Source: Chloroflexota bacterium
GTDB lineage: Bacteria; Chloroflexota; Limnocylindria; Limnocylindrales; CSP1-4
Assembly (NCBI GenBank): GCA_040007155.1
Contig: JBDTVN010000002.1
Location: forward strand, 1 to 40,013
Direction of reading: 5' to 3'
Length of the DNA: 40,013 nt
Part shown: in pieces, positions 21,741 through 35,868 of the stretch
Layout of the letters: every line of letters begins with the position of its first letter
How positions within the stretch are numbered: the first letter of the stretch is position 1
Made by a program: the position numbers and the translations under genes
The notes under the pieces: model-generated
What the model was told of the DNA's origin: nothing
Databases searched by the model: none
Seen by the model: only the letters and a program-made list of their open reading frames with translations

Positions 21741-22638
21741 CGTCGCCGACCTACTGCGGTCGGGCAGCCAGAAGCTGGACGCCGCCGGATCAGAAACGCC
21801 GCGGCTTGACGCCGAACTGCTCCTCGGACACGTGCTGGGCGTGGGCCGGGCGACCCTGCTGGCTGAAGGCGGATCGCGTGTTTCAGCTGGCCAGCAGGAG
21901 GCCCTCGCGGCCTTAATTGAACGGCGTGCGAGTGGCGTTCCAGTGGCCTATTTGCGCGGTTTGAAGGAGTTTCACGGCCTCGCGCTGAGCGTGGATGAGC
22001 GCGCGCTGATCCCGCGGCCGGAGACCGAGCTACTGGTCGACCTGGCGCTGGGCGTGATCGGCCAACGTTTGACCGACGCTCCCCGGGATCCGGGCGTGCG
22101 ACCGCTCTTGGCGTGGGATGTCGGTACGGGCAGTGGCGCGATCGCGGTTGCCCTTGCCGCCGAATGCCGCCACCGCGGCTACGGCGGCGACGTCACGTTG
22201 CGCGCGACCGACATATCTACTGACGCCCTGGCCCTGGCGATGGAGAACGCGGTCGCGCACGGAGTAGCGGGCAGCATCGAGTTCGCCCAGGCCGACTTGA
22301 CCGAAATACCCGATACCGTCGCGGCCGACCTGGTGCTGGCCAATCTGCCCTACATACCAACCGGCGTCGTACCGACGTTGCCGATCGCGGCCAGCTTCGA
22401 GCCGCAACTCGCTCTCGATGGCGGCGCGGACGGATTGGCGATCATCCGCAGACTCTTGGCGCAGCTGCCTCAGGCCCTTGTCGCGGATGGCGTGGCGTTG
22501 CTCGAGATCGGCTCTGACCAGGCCGATCCGGTGCGGGCAGCGGCCGCTGAAACGCTGCCCGGTTGGAGCGTCGATGTTCACGACGACCTGGCGGGGCGGC
22601 CGCGCGTCGCCGAATTGACTCGTGGCGGAGCCGCCTAA
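21721..22638 (+). CDS. prmC: Release factor glutamine N5-methyltransferase PrmC/HemK
   Basis: PRLDAELLLGHVLG, FHGLALSVDERALIPRPETE, SAM motif WDVGTGSGAIAVALA, and catalytic motif present as NLPY instead of NPPY. ATG 21721 overlaps the preceding gene by 20 nt. Confidence 0.88.
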   Translation: MSSSASSVADLLRSGSQKLDAAGSETPRLDAELLLGHVLGVGRATLLAEGGSRVSAGQQEALAALIERRASGVPVAYLRGLKEFHGLALSVDERALIPRPETELLVDLALGVIGQRLTDAPRDPGVRPLLAWDVGTGSGAIAVALAAECRHRGYGGDVTLRATDISTDALALAMENAVAHGVAGSIEFAQADLTEIPDTVAADLVLANLPYIPTGVVPTLPIAASFEPQLALDGGADGLAIIRRLLAQLPQALVADGVALLEIGSDQADPVRAAAAETLPGWSVDVHDDLAGRPRVAELTRGGAA

Positions 22639-23279
22639 TGGAGGTTTTGTTAAGCACTGATCGTGACGCGATCGACCGCGCGGCGGAATACCTGCGCAAA
22701 GGCGAAGTGATCGCCCTCCCGACCGAGACCGTCTACGGCGTGGCCGCTTTGCCGCGCGACGAGTCTGTCGAGCGGCTCATCGCGGCGAAACACCGTTCGG
22801 CCGACAAGGGCATCCAGCTCTTGATCGACTCGGTCGAGCAGGCACGTCAGATGTGCGTGCTCTCGCCCGCCGCAGAGCGGCTCGCAACAGCATTCTGGCC
22901 GGGCGGCCTGACGCTTGTCCTCGACCGGCGGCCAGACAGCGCGTTGCCGCTGCTCCTGGGGGGCGGCCGCACGACGCTGGGTCTGCGCCTGCCGGATCAC
23001 TCCATACCGCGCGAATTGGCGCGAATCCTGGGGCCGCTTGCGGCCAGCTCGGCCAACGTCACCGGATTGCCGCCGGCGACAACTGCGGACATGGTCGTGC
23101 AGTCGTTGTCGAATGAAATCAGTTTCGTCATCGACGACGGTCCGGTGCGGGACGGGGTGTCGTCGACAGTGGTCGACTGCTCCGGGTCGGCCGCCTCTGC
23201 TCCGGTCGTCCTGCGCGAGGGCGCCATTCCCTCATCGGCGATCTTCGCCGCGCTTTCGCCGGGCTACACTTCGAAATAG
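22638..23279 (+). CDS. tsaC: L-threonylcarbamoyladenylate synthase, YrdC-only type (TsaC/YwlC)
   Basis: KGEVIALPTETVYGVAA, SANVTGLPPATT. 213 aa with no Sua5 domain. TAATG overlap with prmC. Confidence 0.85.
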   Translation: MEVLLSTDRDAIDRAAEYLRKGEVIALPTETVYGVAALPRDESVERLIAAKHRSADKGIQLLIDSVEQARQMCVLSPAAERLATAFWPGGLTLVLDRRPDSALPLLLGGGRTTLGLRLPDHSIPRELARILGPLAASSANVTGLPPATTADMVVQSLSNEISFVIDDGPVRDGVSSTVVDCSGSAASAPVVLREGAIPSSAIFAALSPGYTSK

Positions 23280-23333
23280 AGTCCTCACGCCCGACGGAGC
23301 CGCGGGCACCGGACCGAACCAGGAGACCGTGAC

Positions 23334-24614
23334 TTGAGCGTCAGCACGACCTCACGCAGCGCATGGGCGCCTCTGGCCGAGGTCGACCCCGACCTGTGGT
23401 CCGCGATGCAGAGCGAGCGTGAACGCCAGCGCTGGAACATAGAGCTCATCGCGAGCGAGAACTACGCCTTTGCGGCGGTTCTCGAAGCGCAAGGCTCGTG
23501 GCTGACCAACAAGTACGCCGAGGGCCTGCCCGGCAAGCGCTATTACGGCGGCTGCGAGTTCGTCGACGAGGTCGAGCGGCTCGCCCAGGAGCGCGCCCTG
23601 GCGCTCTTCCCGGGCGCGGAGCACGTGAACGTGCAGCCGCACTCGGGCGCGCAGGCCAACATGGCCGCGTACGTGTCCGTCCTCCAAATGGGCGACAAGG
23701 TGCTGGGCATGAACCTGGCCCACGGCGGCCACCTGACGCACGGTTCGCCGGTTAATTTCTCGGGCAAGTGGTTCGAGATCCATGCCTATGGCGTGCGCGA
23801 GGACGACGCGCGCATTGATTACGACGCCCTGGCGAAGCAGGCCGCCGACGTGCGGCCCCAGCTCGTGGTCGCGGGCGCGAGCGCGTACCCGCGGGTGATC
23901 GACTTTGAGCGCATCGCCGCCATTGCCCATTCGGTGGACGCATTGTTCTTCGTCGACATGGCCCACATCGCCGGTCTCGTCGCGGCGGGCCAGCATCCGA
24001 GCCCCTTCCCGCACGCGGACCTTGTCACTACGACCACCCACAAGACGCTGCGTGGGCCGCGCGGCGGTCTGGTCTTCTGCAAGGCCGATCTCGCCAAACA
24101 GGTGGACAAGACGGTTTTCCCCGGTTTGCAGGGTGGGCCGCTGATGCACGTGATCGCCGCCAAGGCAGTTGCGCTCCACCTTGCGAACACAGACGAGTTC
24201 CGTTCCGACATGAAGCGGACGATCGACAACGCCAAGGTATTGGCAGCAACGCTGGCTGCCGATGGCGCCGCGGTCGTTTCAGGCGGAACCGATAACCACC
24301 TGATGCTGGTCGACGTCACGCCCCTCGGTGTGACCGGGCGCGAAGCCGAGACACTGCTCGATGCGATCGGCATCACGGTCAACAAGAACGCCATTCCGTT
24401 CGACAAGAACCCACCCAACATCGCGTCGGGCATCCGCGTCGGCACGCCGGCGACCACTACGCGCGGCTTTGGCGAGGATGAGATGCGCGAGATCGGCAGC
24501 CTGATCGTGCGCGCCATTCAAGGCCGCGAGGACGAGGCGGCCCGGACAGAGATCAAGGCGGCCGTCCACGAAATGTGTTCGCGCTTCCCCGTGCCCGGCC
24601 TAACGACGGAGTGA
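23334..24614 (+). CDS. glyA: Serine hydroxymethyltransferase
   Basis: [24 protein letters not shown], and the PLP-lysine segment [16 protein letters not shown] start with GGAGA 7 nt upstream. Confidence 0.96.
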   Translation: MSVSTTSRSAWAPLAEVDPDLWSAMQSERERQRWNIELIASENYAFAAVLEAQGSWLTNKYAEGLPGKRYYGGCEFVDEVERLAQERALALFPGAEHVNVQPHSGAQANMAAYVSVLQMGDKVLGMNLAHGGHLTHGSPVNFSGKWFEIHAYGVREDDARIDYDALAKQAADVRPQLVVAGASAYPRVIDFERIAAIAHSVDALFFVDMAHIAGLVAAGQHPSPFPHADLVTTTTHKTLRGPRGGLVFCKADLAKQVDKTVFPGLQGGPLMHVIAAKAVALHLANTDEFRSDMKRTIDNAKVLAATLAADGAAVVSGGTDNHLMLVDVTPLGVTGREAETLLDAIGITVNKNAIPFDKNPPNIASGIRVGTPATTTRGFGEDEMREIGSLIVRAIQGREDEAARTEIKAAVHEMCSRFPVPGLTTE

Positions 24615-25768
24615 GCCCAGCCGCTCTCGACGCCATACCCGTCGTACTCGCTGCGCTCATCGGCGCCGCCATCGTCAGCCTTCTGCTGACGCCGCTCACC
24701 ATCAAATACGCCGCGCGGCTGGGGGCGATCGACGAGCCCGACCAGGACCGGCGCGTCCACGAGAAGCCCATTCCACGCACCGGCGGCATCGCCGTCGCCG
24801 CGTCGTTCGTGATCGTTGGCGTGGCCGGCCTGGCACTCAACCAGTTCTTCCACTTCGCCGCGCCGCTGCGCGAGGTGCGCACGCCGCAGCTGATCGCGCT
24901 GTTCCTGGGCGTGGGATTGGGCGGCCTGCTGGGCTACCTCGACGATCGCCTGCAGTTGCGCGCGCGCTGGCAGTTCATCGGCCAGTTCGTGCTCGCCGGG
25001 ATCGCGGTGGCCCTGGGAATCGGCATCGACAAGCTGCCCAACCCGCTCGGCGGCCTACCGTTCCCGGTGGCCGGCGGGCTGGTCGTGGACATTGCCGGAT
25101 ACGCGTTCGATATCGGCGTGGCCGCAATCACCACCCTGTGGATCGTGGGCATGCTCAATAGCGTGAACTTCGTCGATGGCCTGGACGGGCTGCTGGGCGG
25201 CATTGCCCTGATCGCCGTAGCGACGCTCGGCATCGTGTCGCTCACGGGCGACTCTGTCCAACCCACGGTGGCCGTGATGTGCGGCCTGATGGCGGGCTCG
25301 TTGATCGGCTTCCTGCGCTACAACTTCCACCCTGCCCGGGTGTTCATCGGCACATCCGGCGTCTTCGCGGTGGGCTACGCGCTGGCGGCCCTGTCGGTAC
25401 TCGGCACAGCGAAGCTCGCGGTGGCCGTGCTCGTGCTGGGCGTGCCGATCATCGACACCTTTTGGATCATCATTCGCCGGATGCTGGCGGGCCGTTCGCC
25501 CTTCTCCGCCGACCGAGGACACTTTCATCACAGGCTGCTCGACCTGGGCCTGTCGCACCGCCAGGCCGTGCTGCTTATCTACGCCATCTGCATCGTTTTG
25601 GCGGCACTCAGCCTGATCCTGCCCGGTACCAGCCAGATCACGGCGTTCCTGGTCATCGTGCTCGGCGGCGGCATCGTGCTGTACCTGCTCACGCGGCGCG
25701 CGCGCGAGGCGCTCGACCGTTCAAGCTACGACGAGGCCGACCCGGACGCCGGAGCTGCCGGCGACTGA
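24611..25768 (+). CDS. Polyprenyl-phosphate N-acetylhexosamine-1-phosphate transferase (GT4, MraY/WecA/TagO family)
   Basis: [35 protein letters not shown], about 10 TM helices. GTG 24611 overlaps the glyA stop (GTGA). The track start at 24575 would overlap glyA by 40 nt. Confidence 0.85.
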   Translation: MSPAALDAIPVVLAALIGAAIVSLLLTPLTIKYAARLGAIDEPDQDRRVHEKPIPRTGGIAVAASFVIVGVAGLALNQFFHFAAPLREVRTPQLIALFLGVGLGGLLGYLDDRLQLRARWQFIGQFVLAGIAVALGIGIDKLPNPLGGLPFPVAGGLVVDIAGYAFDIGVAAITTLWIVGMLNSVNFVDGLDGLLGGIALIAVATLGIVSLTGDSVQPTVAVMCGLMAGSLIGFLRYNFHPARVFIGTSGVFAVGYALAALSVLGTAKLAVAVLVLGVPIIDTFWIIIRRMLAGRSPFSADRGHFHHRLLDLGLSHRQAVLLIYAICIVLAALSLILPGTSQITAFLVIVLGGGIVLYLLTRRAREALDRSSYDEADPDAGAAGD

Positions 25769-25805
25769 GCCGCTGCTATACTCCGCGCGCGTTACAGGGT
25801 CAGCA

Positions 25806-26024
25806 ATGAATGACATCCCGGGATTGGGCGCCTACCTCGCTCTCTTCTCGGAAATCGGTCTGGTCCTGTTCGTGACCACCCTCGGCGGAGCGCTCGGTGG
25901 GCACTGGCTGGACCTTCAGCTGGGAAGCAACCCAATCCTTGTACTTACTGGGTTTCTGGCTGGGGCGGCAATCGGAGCGTTCGGCGACTACAGGCTGATC
26001 AAGACGTTCCTCAAACGGTTCTAA
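25806..26024 (+). CDS. AtpZ/AtpI-like small membrane protein of the F-ATPase operon
   Basis: 72 aa with two hydrophobic helices, immediately upstream of atpB. Position and size fit the ATPase_gene1 family. Sequence similarity was not verifiable here. Confidence 0.6.
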   Translation: MNDIPGLGAYLALFSEIGLVLFVTTLGGALGGHWLDLQLGSNPILVLTGFLAGAAIGAFGDYRLIKTFLKRF

Positions 26025-26044
26025 ATCCGGGAGTAAGGCTGTCG

Positions 26045-27052
26045 ATGGAAGAGCGCCCGAGCGAGCGCGAAGAAGCCGCAGGACCGCAGAAGTCGCGCTG
26101 GAATGCGCGACGTTTGCTTCTTTTGGCGATCCCCGTATTGCTCGTACTCGACGCAGTCGCGTTCGTCGTAGTCCCGCCTTTCCCGCCCGGCGAGCCCGGC
26201 GCTGTGTGCCAGTTCCCAGTCTGCTTCATCAACGGCAACTTCGAGTTCCCCGCGCCAACGACGGTGTTTGGGACTGCGCCCGAGCCCGGCCAACTCGTCA
26301 CCTTCACAGTCGGTATCAGCTCGACGCTGTTCACGATGTGGATCGTCGGCGGGGCGCTGCTGATCGTGGCTTTCCTGCTCGGTCGACTGCGCAGCGAGGT
26401 CCCCGGACGGATTCAGAACATGTCCGAATGGGCGTACGAGTCGATCGCCAACTTCGGCATGTCGATCGGCGGCCCGCAGGCTGCCCCGTACATTCCGATC
26501 TTCGCCGCATTCTTCCTGCTGATCCTGCTGTCCAACTGGGCCGGCCTTGTGCCGCCCATCGGCAAGCTGGAGTTCCTGCGCGCGCCCACGAGCGACCTCA
26601 ACGTCACCCTCGGCCTGGCGCTCACCAGCTGGTTCATCTTCCAGGGTGAGGGCTTCCGGAAGCTGGGCGTGCGCGGCTACCTGGGCAAGTTCTTCCCGCT
26701 GTACGAGTTCAAGAAGGGCGTTGGCGCTGGTTTCATCGCCATGTTCGTTGGCCTGATCGAGCTGATGCTCGAGTTCGTCAAACCAATCACTCTTTCCTTT
26801 CGACTCTTCGGCAACATCTACGCTGGCGAAGTGGCGATTGGCGTGATAAGCGCCCTGACCATCGCCGTCGTTCCCGTTGCGCTGCTCTTGCTCGAAGGCA
26901 TGCTGAACCTGATCCAGGCGGTCATCTTCAGTGTCCTGTCGCTGGTCTTCATACTGATCGCGGTCGAGAGCCATCACGACGAAGAGGGCCACATGGCCGA
27001 CGACGTGGTTCACGAACTCAAAGGAGATTCCGCGCCTTCACCCGCGCACTGA
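26045..27052 (+). CDS. atpB: F0F1 ATP synthase subunit a
   Basis: Essential Arg segment ITLSFRLFGNIYAGE. 335 aa, with an extra N-terminal helix and an acidic/His C-terminal tail. Confidence 0.9.
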   Translation: MEERPSEREEAAGPQKSRWNARRLLLLAIPVLLVLDAVAFVVVPPFPPGEPGAVCQFPVCFINGNFEFPAPTTVFGTAPEPGQLVTFTVGISSTLFTMWIVGGALLIVAFLLGRLRSEVPGRIQNMSEWAYESIANFGMSIGGPQAAPYIPIFAAFFLLILLSNWAGLVPPIGKLEFLRAPTSDLNVTLGLALTSWFIFQGEGFRKLGVRGYLGKFFPLYEFKKGVGAGFIAMFVGLIELMLEFVKPITLSFRLFGNIYAGEVAIGVISALTIAVVPVALLLLEGMLNLIQAVIFSVLSLVFILIAVESHHDEEGHMADDVVHELKGDSAPSPAH

Positions 27053-27102
27053 ACAACGCAGTCAACCAACCAAGCAGTCAAACATAGGGAGGCAGAACAC
27101 AA

Positions 27103-27315
27103 ATGGAGCACTTCGGAGCAGGTCTTGCCGCGATCGGCGTTATCGGCCCGGGCATCGGCATCGGCATTCTGGGTGGTCTCGCCGCGAGCGCCATCGGCCG
27201 CAACCCTGATGCCGGCGGTCAGATCCGTGGCCTGGCGATCATTCTCGCCGGCTTTGCGGAAGGCCTCGGCGTTCTGGCGATCGTCGTCGGCCTGCTGACG
27301 ATCTTCATCAAGTAG
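27103..27315 (+). CDS. atpE: F0F1 ATP synthase subunit c
   Basis: 70-aa hairpin with a GxGxGxG helix, an RNP loop (IGRNPDAG) and an ion-binding Glu (GFAEGLG). AGGGAGG SD. Confidence 0.93.
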   Translation: MEHFGAGLAAIGVIGPGIGIGILGGLAASAIGRNPDAGGQIRGLAIILAGFAEGLGVLAIVVGLLTIFIK

Positions 27316-27337
27316 CCGCTATTTAAAGGTCACAACC

Positions 27338-27892
27338 GTGGATTTCCTGGCAGTTACGGCCGGCGCCGCTCATACCGGCGCCGCGCTGTTCGCACCGGAG
27401 AACACCGGGCTGACGATCAACCTCTTCTGGGTGATCGTCGCCGCGGTGAACTTCGTCGTTTTCCTGGGCGTGATCTACCTGATCTTCTTCAAGCCCGTAT
27501 CCAAGCTGCTCGAGACGCGCCGCTCGCGCATCGAGCAGGGCCTGCGCGACGCCGACATCGCGCGCCAGGAGCGCGAAAGTGCCCAGACCGAGCGTGTCGC
27601 GGCGCTCACCGAAGCCCGCCGCGAGGCCGAGGACATCCTCAGCCGCGCCCAGAAGGTGGCCGACGAGAACCGCGAGCGCGACATGACCGAGACGCGCGCT
27701 CAACTCGAACAGCTGCGCACGCAGGCCACGGCTGATATCGCGTCCGAGAAGGATCGCGCCCTGGCCGAGGTCCGCTCACAGGTCGCCGAGCTAGCGCTCG
27801 CGGCCGCGGCGCGCGTCGTCGGCGAGACGATGACCACGGAGCGCGAGAAGCGCCTAGTCAACGAGTTCCTGACCGAGGTCGGCAAGAACTAG
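27338..27892 (+). CDS. atpF: F0F1 ATP synthase subunit b
   Basis: One N-terminal TM helix followed by a long charged coiled coil. Operon position between c and delta. GTG start. Confidence 0.85.
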   Translation: MDFLAVTAGAAHTGAALFAPENTGLTINLFWVIVAAVNFVVFLGVIYLIFFKPVSKLLETRRSRIEQGLRDADIARQERESAQTERVAALTEARREAEDILSRAQKVADENRERDMTETRAQLEQLRTQATADIASEKDRALAEVRSQVAELALAAAARVVGETMTTEREKRLVNEFLTEVGKN

Positions 27893-27894
27893 CC

Positions 27895-28449
27895 ATGGTC
27901 GGCACACGCACCAGCACCGCCCGACGCTACGCGGAGGCCGCTTTCGAGCTCGCCGAACGCGACGGTACCGTCGATACCTGGCTCGGCCAGCTGTCGACCG
28001 TCGCCCAGGCGGTTGCTGATCCCGCTCTGACGCGCCGTCTCGAAGATCCGCATGTCGCGCTCGAGAAGCGCACTGCGGTGATGCACGGGATGCTCGGCGC
28101 AGAGATGCTGCCGCAGCTGGGGAACCTGCTGTCACTGGCCCTGCGCCGCCGCCGGCTCGAGACCATGCCCCAGGTCGCAACGGAGTTCCGCCGCCTTTAC
28201 AACAAGCGCGCCGGCATCGTCGTAGCTACGGCAACGAGCGCGCTCGAGCTCGACAGCACTGAACGCGCCGCTCTGCAGGCGCAGCTTGAAAAGATGACCG
28301 GCGCCAAGGTCGAGCTGCAAACCGCCGTTGACCCGACCATCCTCGGCGGCATCCAGGTTCGCATCGGCGACACGCTCTACGACGGCAGCGTCCGCGGCCG
28401 CCTCGAAAGGCTCCGCGCGAAACTCGCGTCCGGCGCGATCAGCGCCTGA
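27895..28449 (+). CDS. atpH: F0F1 ATP synthase subunit delta (OSCP)
   Basis: RRYAEAAFELA N-terminus and LGGIQVRIGDTLYDGSVRGRLERL C-terminus. Confidence 0.87.
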   Translation: MVGTRTSTARRYAEAAFELAERDGTVDTWLGQLSTVAQAVADPALTRRLEDPHVALEKRTAVMHGMLGAEMLPQLGNLLSLALRRRRLETMPQVATEFRRLYNKRAGIVVATATSALELDSTERAALQAQLEKMTGAKVELQTAVDPTILGGIQVRIGDTLYDGSVRGRLERLRAKLASGAISA

Positions 28450-28517
28450 TTAGACAAACGTCAAACCACCACCGACTTTCGACCTAACCGCACCGACTAC
28501 ACGGAGTAAATCAACAG

Positions 28518-30050
<1,533 letters not shown>

Positions 30051-30069
30051 TCGGAGCACCTTCGAAGAC

Positions 30070-32354
<2,285 letters not shown>

Positions 32355-32783
32355 ATGCCGATCCTGCTCGAGATCGTCACGCCCGAGAAGCAGGTCTTCT
32401 CGGAAGAGGTCGATTCGGTCGTCTGCCCAGGCGTCGAAGGCGAGCTCGGCGTGCTGCCGCACCACGCGCCGCTCTTGACCACGCTGGGCGTGGGCGAGCT
32501 GCGCATCCGGCGTGGTGGCGCGGAAGAGTTCTTTGCAATCGCCGGCGGCTTCCTGCAGGTTCGACCTGACCGGGTCGTCGTGATGGCGGAAACGGCCGAC
32601 ATGGCGTCCGACATCGATCTCGAGAAGGCCAACGAGGCGCGCCGCGAGGCGGAACGCGCTCTTGCCGAAGGCTTCGAGGAGCCCGCCGACATGGCCCGCG
32701 CCCGCGCGGCGCTGCAGCGCGCACTGTTGCGCATCCGTGTGGCCGAGCGGCATCGCCGGGAGGGCCCGCGCTCGCGCGGCTAG
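32355..32783 (+). CDS. atpC: F0F1 ATP synthase subunit epsilon
   Basis: LEIVTPEK..VPGVEGELGVLPHHAPLLT, then a C-terminal helical hairpin. Starts 1 nt after the atpD stop. Confidence 0.9.
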   Translation: MPILLEIVTPEKQVFSEEVDSVVCPGVEGELGVLPHHAPLLTTLGVGELRIRRGGAEEFFAIAGGFLQVRPDRVVVMAETADMASDIDLEKANEARREAERALAEGFEEPADMARARAALQRALLRIRVAERHRREGPRSRG

Positions 32784-32786
32784 ACC

Positions 32787-34127
32787 ATGGCTGATCGTCT
32801 GTTCCACTGGGAATACGAAGAGCTCCCGGTCGAGCGGCAGGCATTTCGCGTTACCGGCGGCAAGCCTTTGCGCGGCAAGGTGCAGATCAGCGGCAGCAAG
32901 AACGCCGCGCTCAAGATGCTGGCCGCGGCCACCCTCACGGGTGAGCGCTGTCGGTTCACGAACGTGCCCGAGATCGAGGATGTGCGCGTCATGGTCGACG
33001 TGCTGCGCGACCTGGGGGTCGTCATCGACCACCCCGCGCCAAATACCTATGAAGTCGCCGCGGGCGACGTGGAGTGGCTCTTTGTGCCGCTCGAGGCCGC
33101 GGCCAAGATGCGCGCCTCGTTCATCCTGCTGGGTCCGCTACTCGCGCGCTTCGGCCGCGTGATCATGAGCAACCCGGGCGGCGACCGGATCGGCCGCCGG
33201 CCGGTCAATCTGCACGTCGACGCGATGCGCGCGCTGGGCGCCGACATCGAGTACCGCAACGGCTACTACTTCGCGCGCTCCAACGGTCGACTTAGAGGCA
33301 GCGACATCACTTTCCCCAAAGTGACCGTGATGGGCACCGAGAACGCCATTCTGGGGGCGTGCCTGGCGGAGGGCCGCACGGTTATCCAGCCCGCTGCGCA
33401 GGAACCCGAGATCGACGATCTCATCCTGATGCTCCAGAAGATGGGCGCCGAGATTGAGCGCATCAAGCCCGACACGATCGTGATCAACGGCCAGCGCCGC
33501 CTGCGTGGCGCGGAGCATCACGTGCTGCCCGACCGGATCGAGACGGGCACGTTCCTGGTGGCTGCCGCGGTCACTGGCGGCGAGGTCACGCTCGAGGGCG
33601 CGCCGTGCGACCACCTCGGGGCGTTCCTCGACGTGATCACCGATATCGGCGTGCCCGTCGCGTGCGGCCGCGATCGGATTGAGATCGCCTGCTCCGACGG
33701 TGCCGCGAACAACTTCAAGGCGCGCAACATTGAGACGGCGCCTTACCCAGGCCTGGCGACGGACCTCCAGTCACCCACATCCGTGCTCCTGACCCAGGCC
33801 AATGGCACGAGCCGGCTGCACGAGACGATCTTCGAGGATCGACTCGAATGGATGGGCGAGCTACGCAAGATGGGCGCCCAGATCGAGCTGCTGGATCCGA
33901 ATCACGCCCAAATCAAGGGACCGGTCAAGCTCCACGGCGCCGAAGTCGAGATGAGCGACCTGCGCGCTGGCGCGTCGCTGATCCTGGCGGCTCTCGCGGC
34001 CGAAGGCACGAGCACGATTCACGGCGCGCACCACGTTCGGCGCGGGTATGAGAACATCGAAGGCAAGTTCCTCGGTCTCGGCGCGCAGATCGAGCATGTC
34101 TCCGAAGAGGCGGGCGTCAACAACTGA
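32787..34127 (+). CDS. murA: UDP-N-acetylglucosamine 1-carboxyvinyltransferase (Asp-type active-site loop)
   Basis: [14 protein letters not shown], active-loop [24 protein letters not shown]. Confidence 0.95.
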   Translation: MADRLFHWEYEELPVERQAFRVTGGKPLRGKVQISGSKNAALKMLAAATLTGERCRFTNVPEIEDVRVMVDVLRDLGVVIDHPAPNTYEVAAGDVEWLFVPLEAAAKMRASFILLGPLLARFGRVIMSNPGGDRIGRRPVNLHVDAMRALGADIEYRNGYYFARSNGRLRGSDITFPKVTVMGTENAILGACLAEGRTVIQPAAQEPEIDDLILMLQKMGAEIERIKPDTIVINGQRRLRGAEHHVLPDRIETGTFLVAAAVTGGEVTLEGAPCDHLGAFLDVITDIGVPVACGRDRIEIACSDGAANNFKARNIETAPYPGLATDLQSPTSVLLTQANGTSRLHETIFEDRLEWMGELRKMGAQIELLDPNHAQIKGPVKLHGAEVEMSDLRAGASLILAALAAEGTSTIHGAHHVRRGYENIEGKFLGLGAQIEHVSEEAGVNN

Positions 34128-35116
34128 TGAAAATCGGCATCGATCTGGGTACAGCCAACATCCTCGTGTACGTCAAGGGCCGCGGCATCGTCGCGCGGGA
34201 GCCCTCAGTCGTGGCCGTGAGCGACGACAACCACATCGTGGCCGTGGGCGAAGAGGCACGGGAGATGATCGGCCGCACGCCCGGCAACATCACTGCCATC
34301 CGGCCGATGAAGGATGGCGTCATCGCCGACTACGTCATCACTGAAGCGATGCTGCGCTATTTCATCCGCAAGGCTGGCCGCGCGCTGACAAAGCCGGACG
34401 TGATGATCAGTGTCCCGTCGGGCGTAACCAGCGTCGAAAAGCGCGCGGTTCGTGACGCGGCCCTGAAAGCCGGTGCGCGCGAGGCATATCTCATCGAAGA
34501 GCCGCTGGCCGCGGCTATCGGCGCAAATGTGCCCATCTCCGGCCCCAGCGGCAACCTCGTCATCGACATCGGCGGCGGCACGTCCGAGATTGCCGTCATC
34601 TCGCTCGGCGGGATCGTCGTCGCGCGCTCCGTGCGCGTGGGCGGTAACCGCTTCGACGAGGCGATCGCCAACTACGTGCGCAAGAAGTACAACGTAATGA
34701 TCGGCGACCGCATGGCCGAGCAGGTCAAGATCGACATCGGCACGGCCATGCCGCTCGAGCGTGAGCTGCACATGGAAGTGCGCGGGCGCGACCTCATCGC
34801 CGGCCTGCCGCGAACGGTGCCGCTTACGAGCTCCGAGGTCATGGAGGCGCTCGAACAGCCGCTGCAACAGATCATCGGCGCAGTGCGCGCTGTGCTCGAA
34901 GAGACGCCACCCGAGCTGTCGAGCGACATCATCGACAAGGGCATGGTCATGACCGGCGGGGGGTCGCTGCTGCGCAACATCGACAAGCTGCTCACGCAGG
35001 TGACCGGCGTGCCCTGCCACGTCGCCGAAAACGCGCTCAACTGCGTCGCGCTGGGCACGGGACTTGCCCTGGAGCACTTCGAATTCTTCCGCAAGTCGCT
35101 CGTCCAACGCATCTGA
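34127..35116 (+). CDS. mreB: Rod shape-determining actin homologue MreB
   Basis: [46 protein letters not shown] overlap with murA. Confidence 0.93.
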   Translation: MKIGIDLGTANILVYVKGRGIVAREPSVVAVSDDNHIVAVGEEAREMIGRTPGNITAIRPMKDGVIADYVITEAMLRYFIRKAGRALTKPDVMISVPSGVTSVEKRAVRDAALKAGAREAYLIEEPLAAAIGANVPISGPSGNLVIDIGGGTSEIAVISLGGIVVARSVRVGGNRFDEAIANYVRKKYNVMIGDRMAEQVKIDIGTAMPLERELHMEVRGRDLIAGLPRTVPLTSSEVMEALEQPLQQIIGAVRAVLEETPPELSSDIIDKGMVMTGGGSLLRNIDKLLTQVTGVPCHVAENALNCVALGTGLALEHFEFFRKSLVQRI

Positions 35117-35130
35117 GCGAACCGGCGGAT

Positions 35131-35868
35131 GTGCCGGCACCGACCACCAACATGCAGCCTGATCCACCACTCCTGGTGCGCTCATTGGCCGACCTGCACT
35201 CTCACACCTCGGCCTCTTTCGACTCCCTGAGCAGACCCGCCGATGTCGCGCGCGTCGCTGCCGAACGCGGTTTGACGCACCTGGCGATCACCGATCACGA
35301 TCGCATTGACGGAGCCCTCGCCGCACGTGACAAAGCCCCGGACGGGCTGGCGATCATCGTCGGCCAGGAGGTTCGTACTTCCGCCGGCGATCTGATCGCC
35401 CTGTTCGTGGAGAAGCCGATCCCGCCCGGCATGGCGCCGGTTGATGCGGCCAAGATGGTGCGCGACCAGGGCGGCGCGGTTGGTCTCGCCCATCCCTATG
35501 ATCGGTTTCGTGCAGGTGCGGGTCGGCCAGGCTGGAAGGACGAGCTCACACAGCTGCTGCCGCTACTGGACTACATCGAAGTCTGGAACTCACGCCTGAT
35601 GGTGGGCGATGGCAACCGTCGCGCAGCTGATCTGGCGCACGCCAATGGCCTGGCCGGCGTGGCCGTGTCCGACGCGCACACGCTGCTCGAGGTGGGCGTC
35701 TCGTACACGATCTTCGACGGGCCGCTCGGCAGTGCGGACGAGCTGCGTGCCGCTTTGTCAGGGGCGCAGCTGGTGACCAGTCACGGCTCGCGCCTCGTTC
35801 GTTTGTGGACGCCCATGGCCAAGGTAATCCAGCGCATGCGCGGTAACGGCCGCGTAGCGACGATATGA
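35131..35868 (+). CDS. PHP-domain metal-dependent phosphoesterase
   Basis: DLHSHTSASFDS, LAITDHD, AHPYD, SDAHT (PHP His/Asp motifs). Start ambiguous between GTG 35131 and ATG 35152. Confidence 0.8.
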   Translation: MPAPTTNMQPDPPLLVRSLADLHSHTSASFDSLSRPADVARVAAERGLTHLAITDHDRIDGALAARDKAPDGLAIIVGQEVRTSAGDLIALFVEKPIPPGMAPVDAAKMVRDQGGAVGLAHPYDRFRAGAGRPGWKDELTQLLPLLDYIEVWNSRLMVGDGNRRAADLAHANGLAGVAVSDAHTLLEVGVSYTIFDGPLGSADELRAALSGAQLVTSHGSRLVRLWTPMAKVIQRMRGNGRVATI

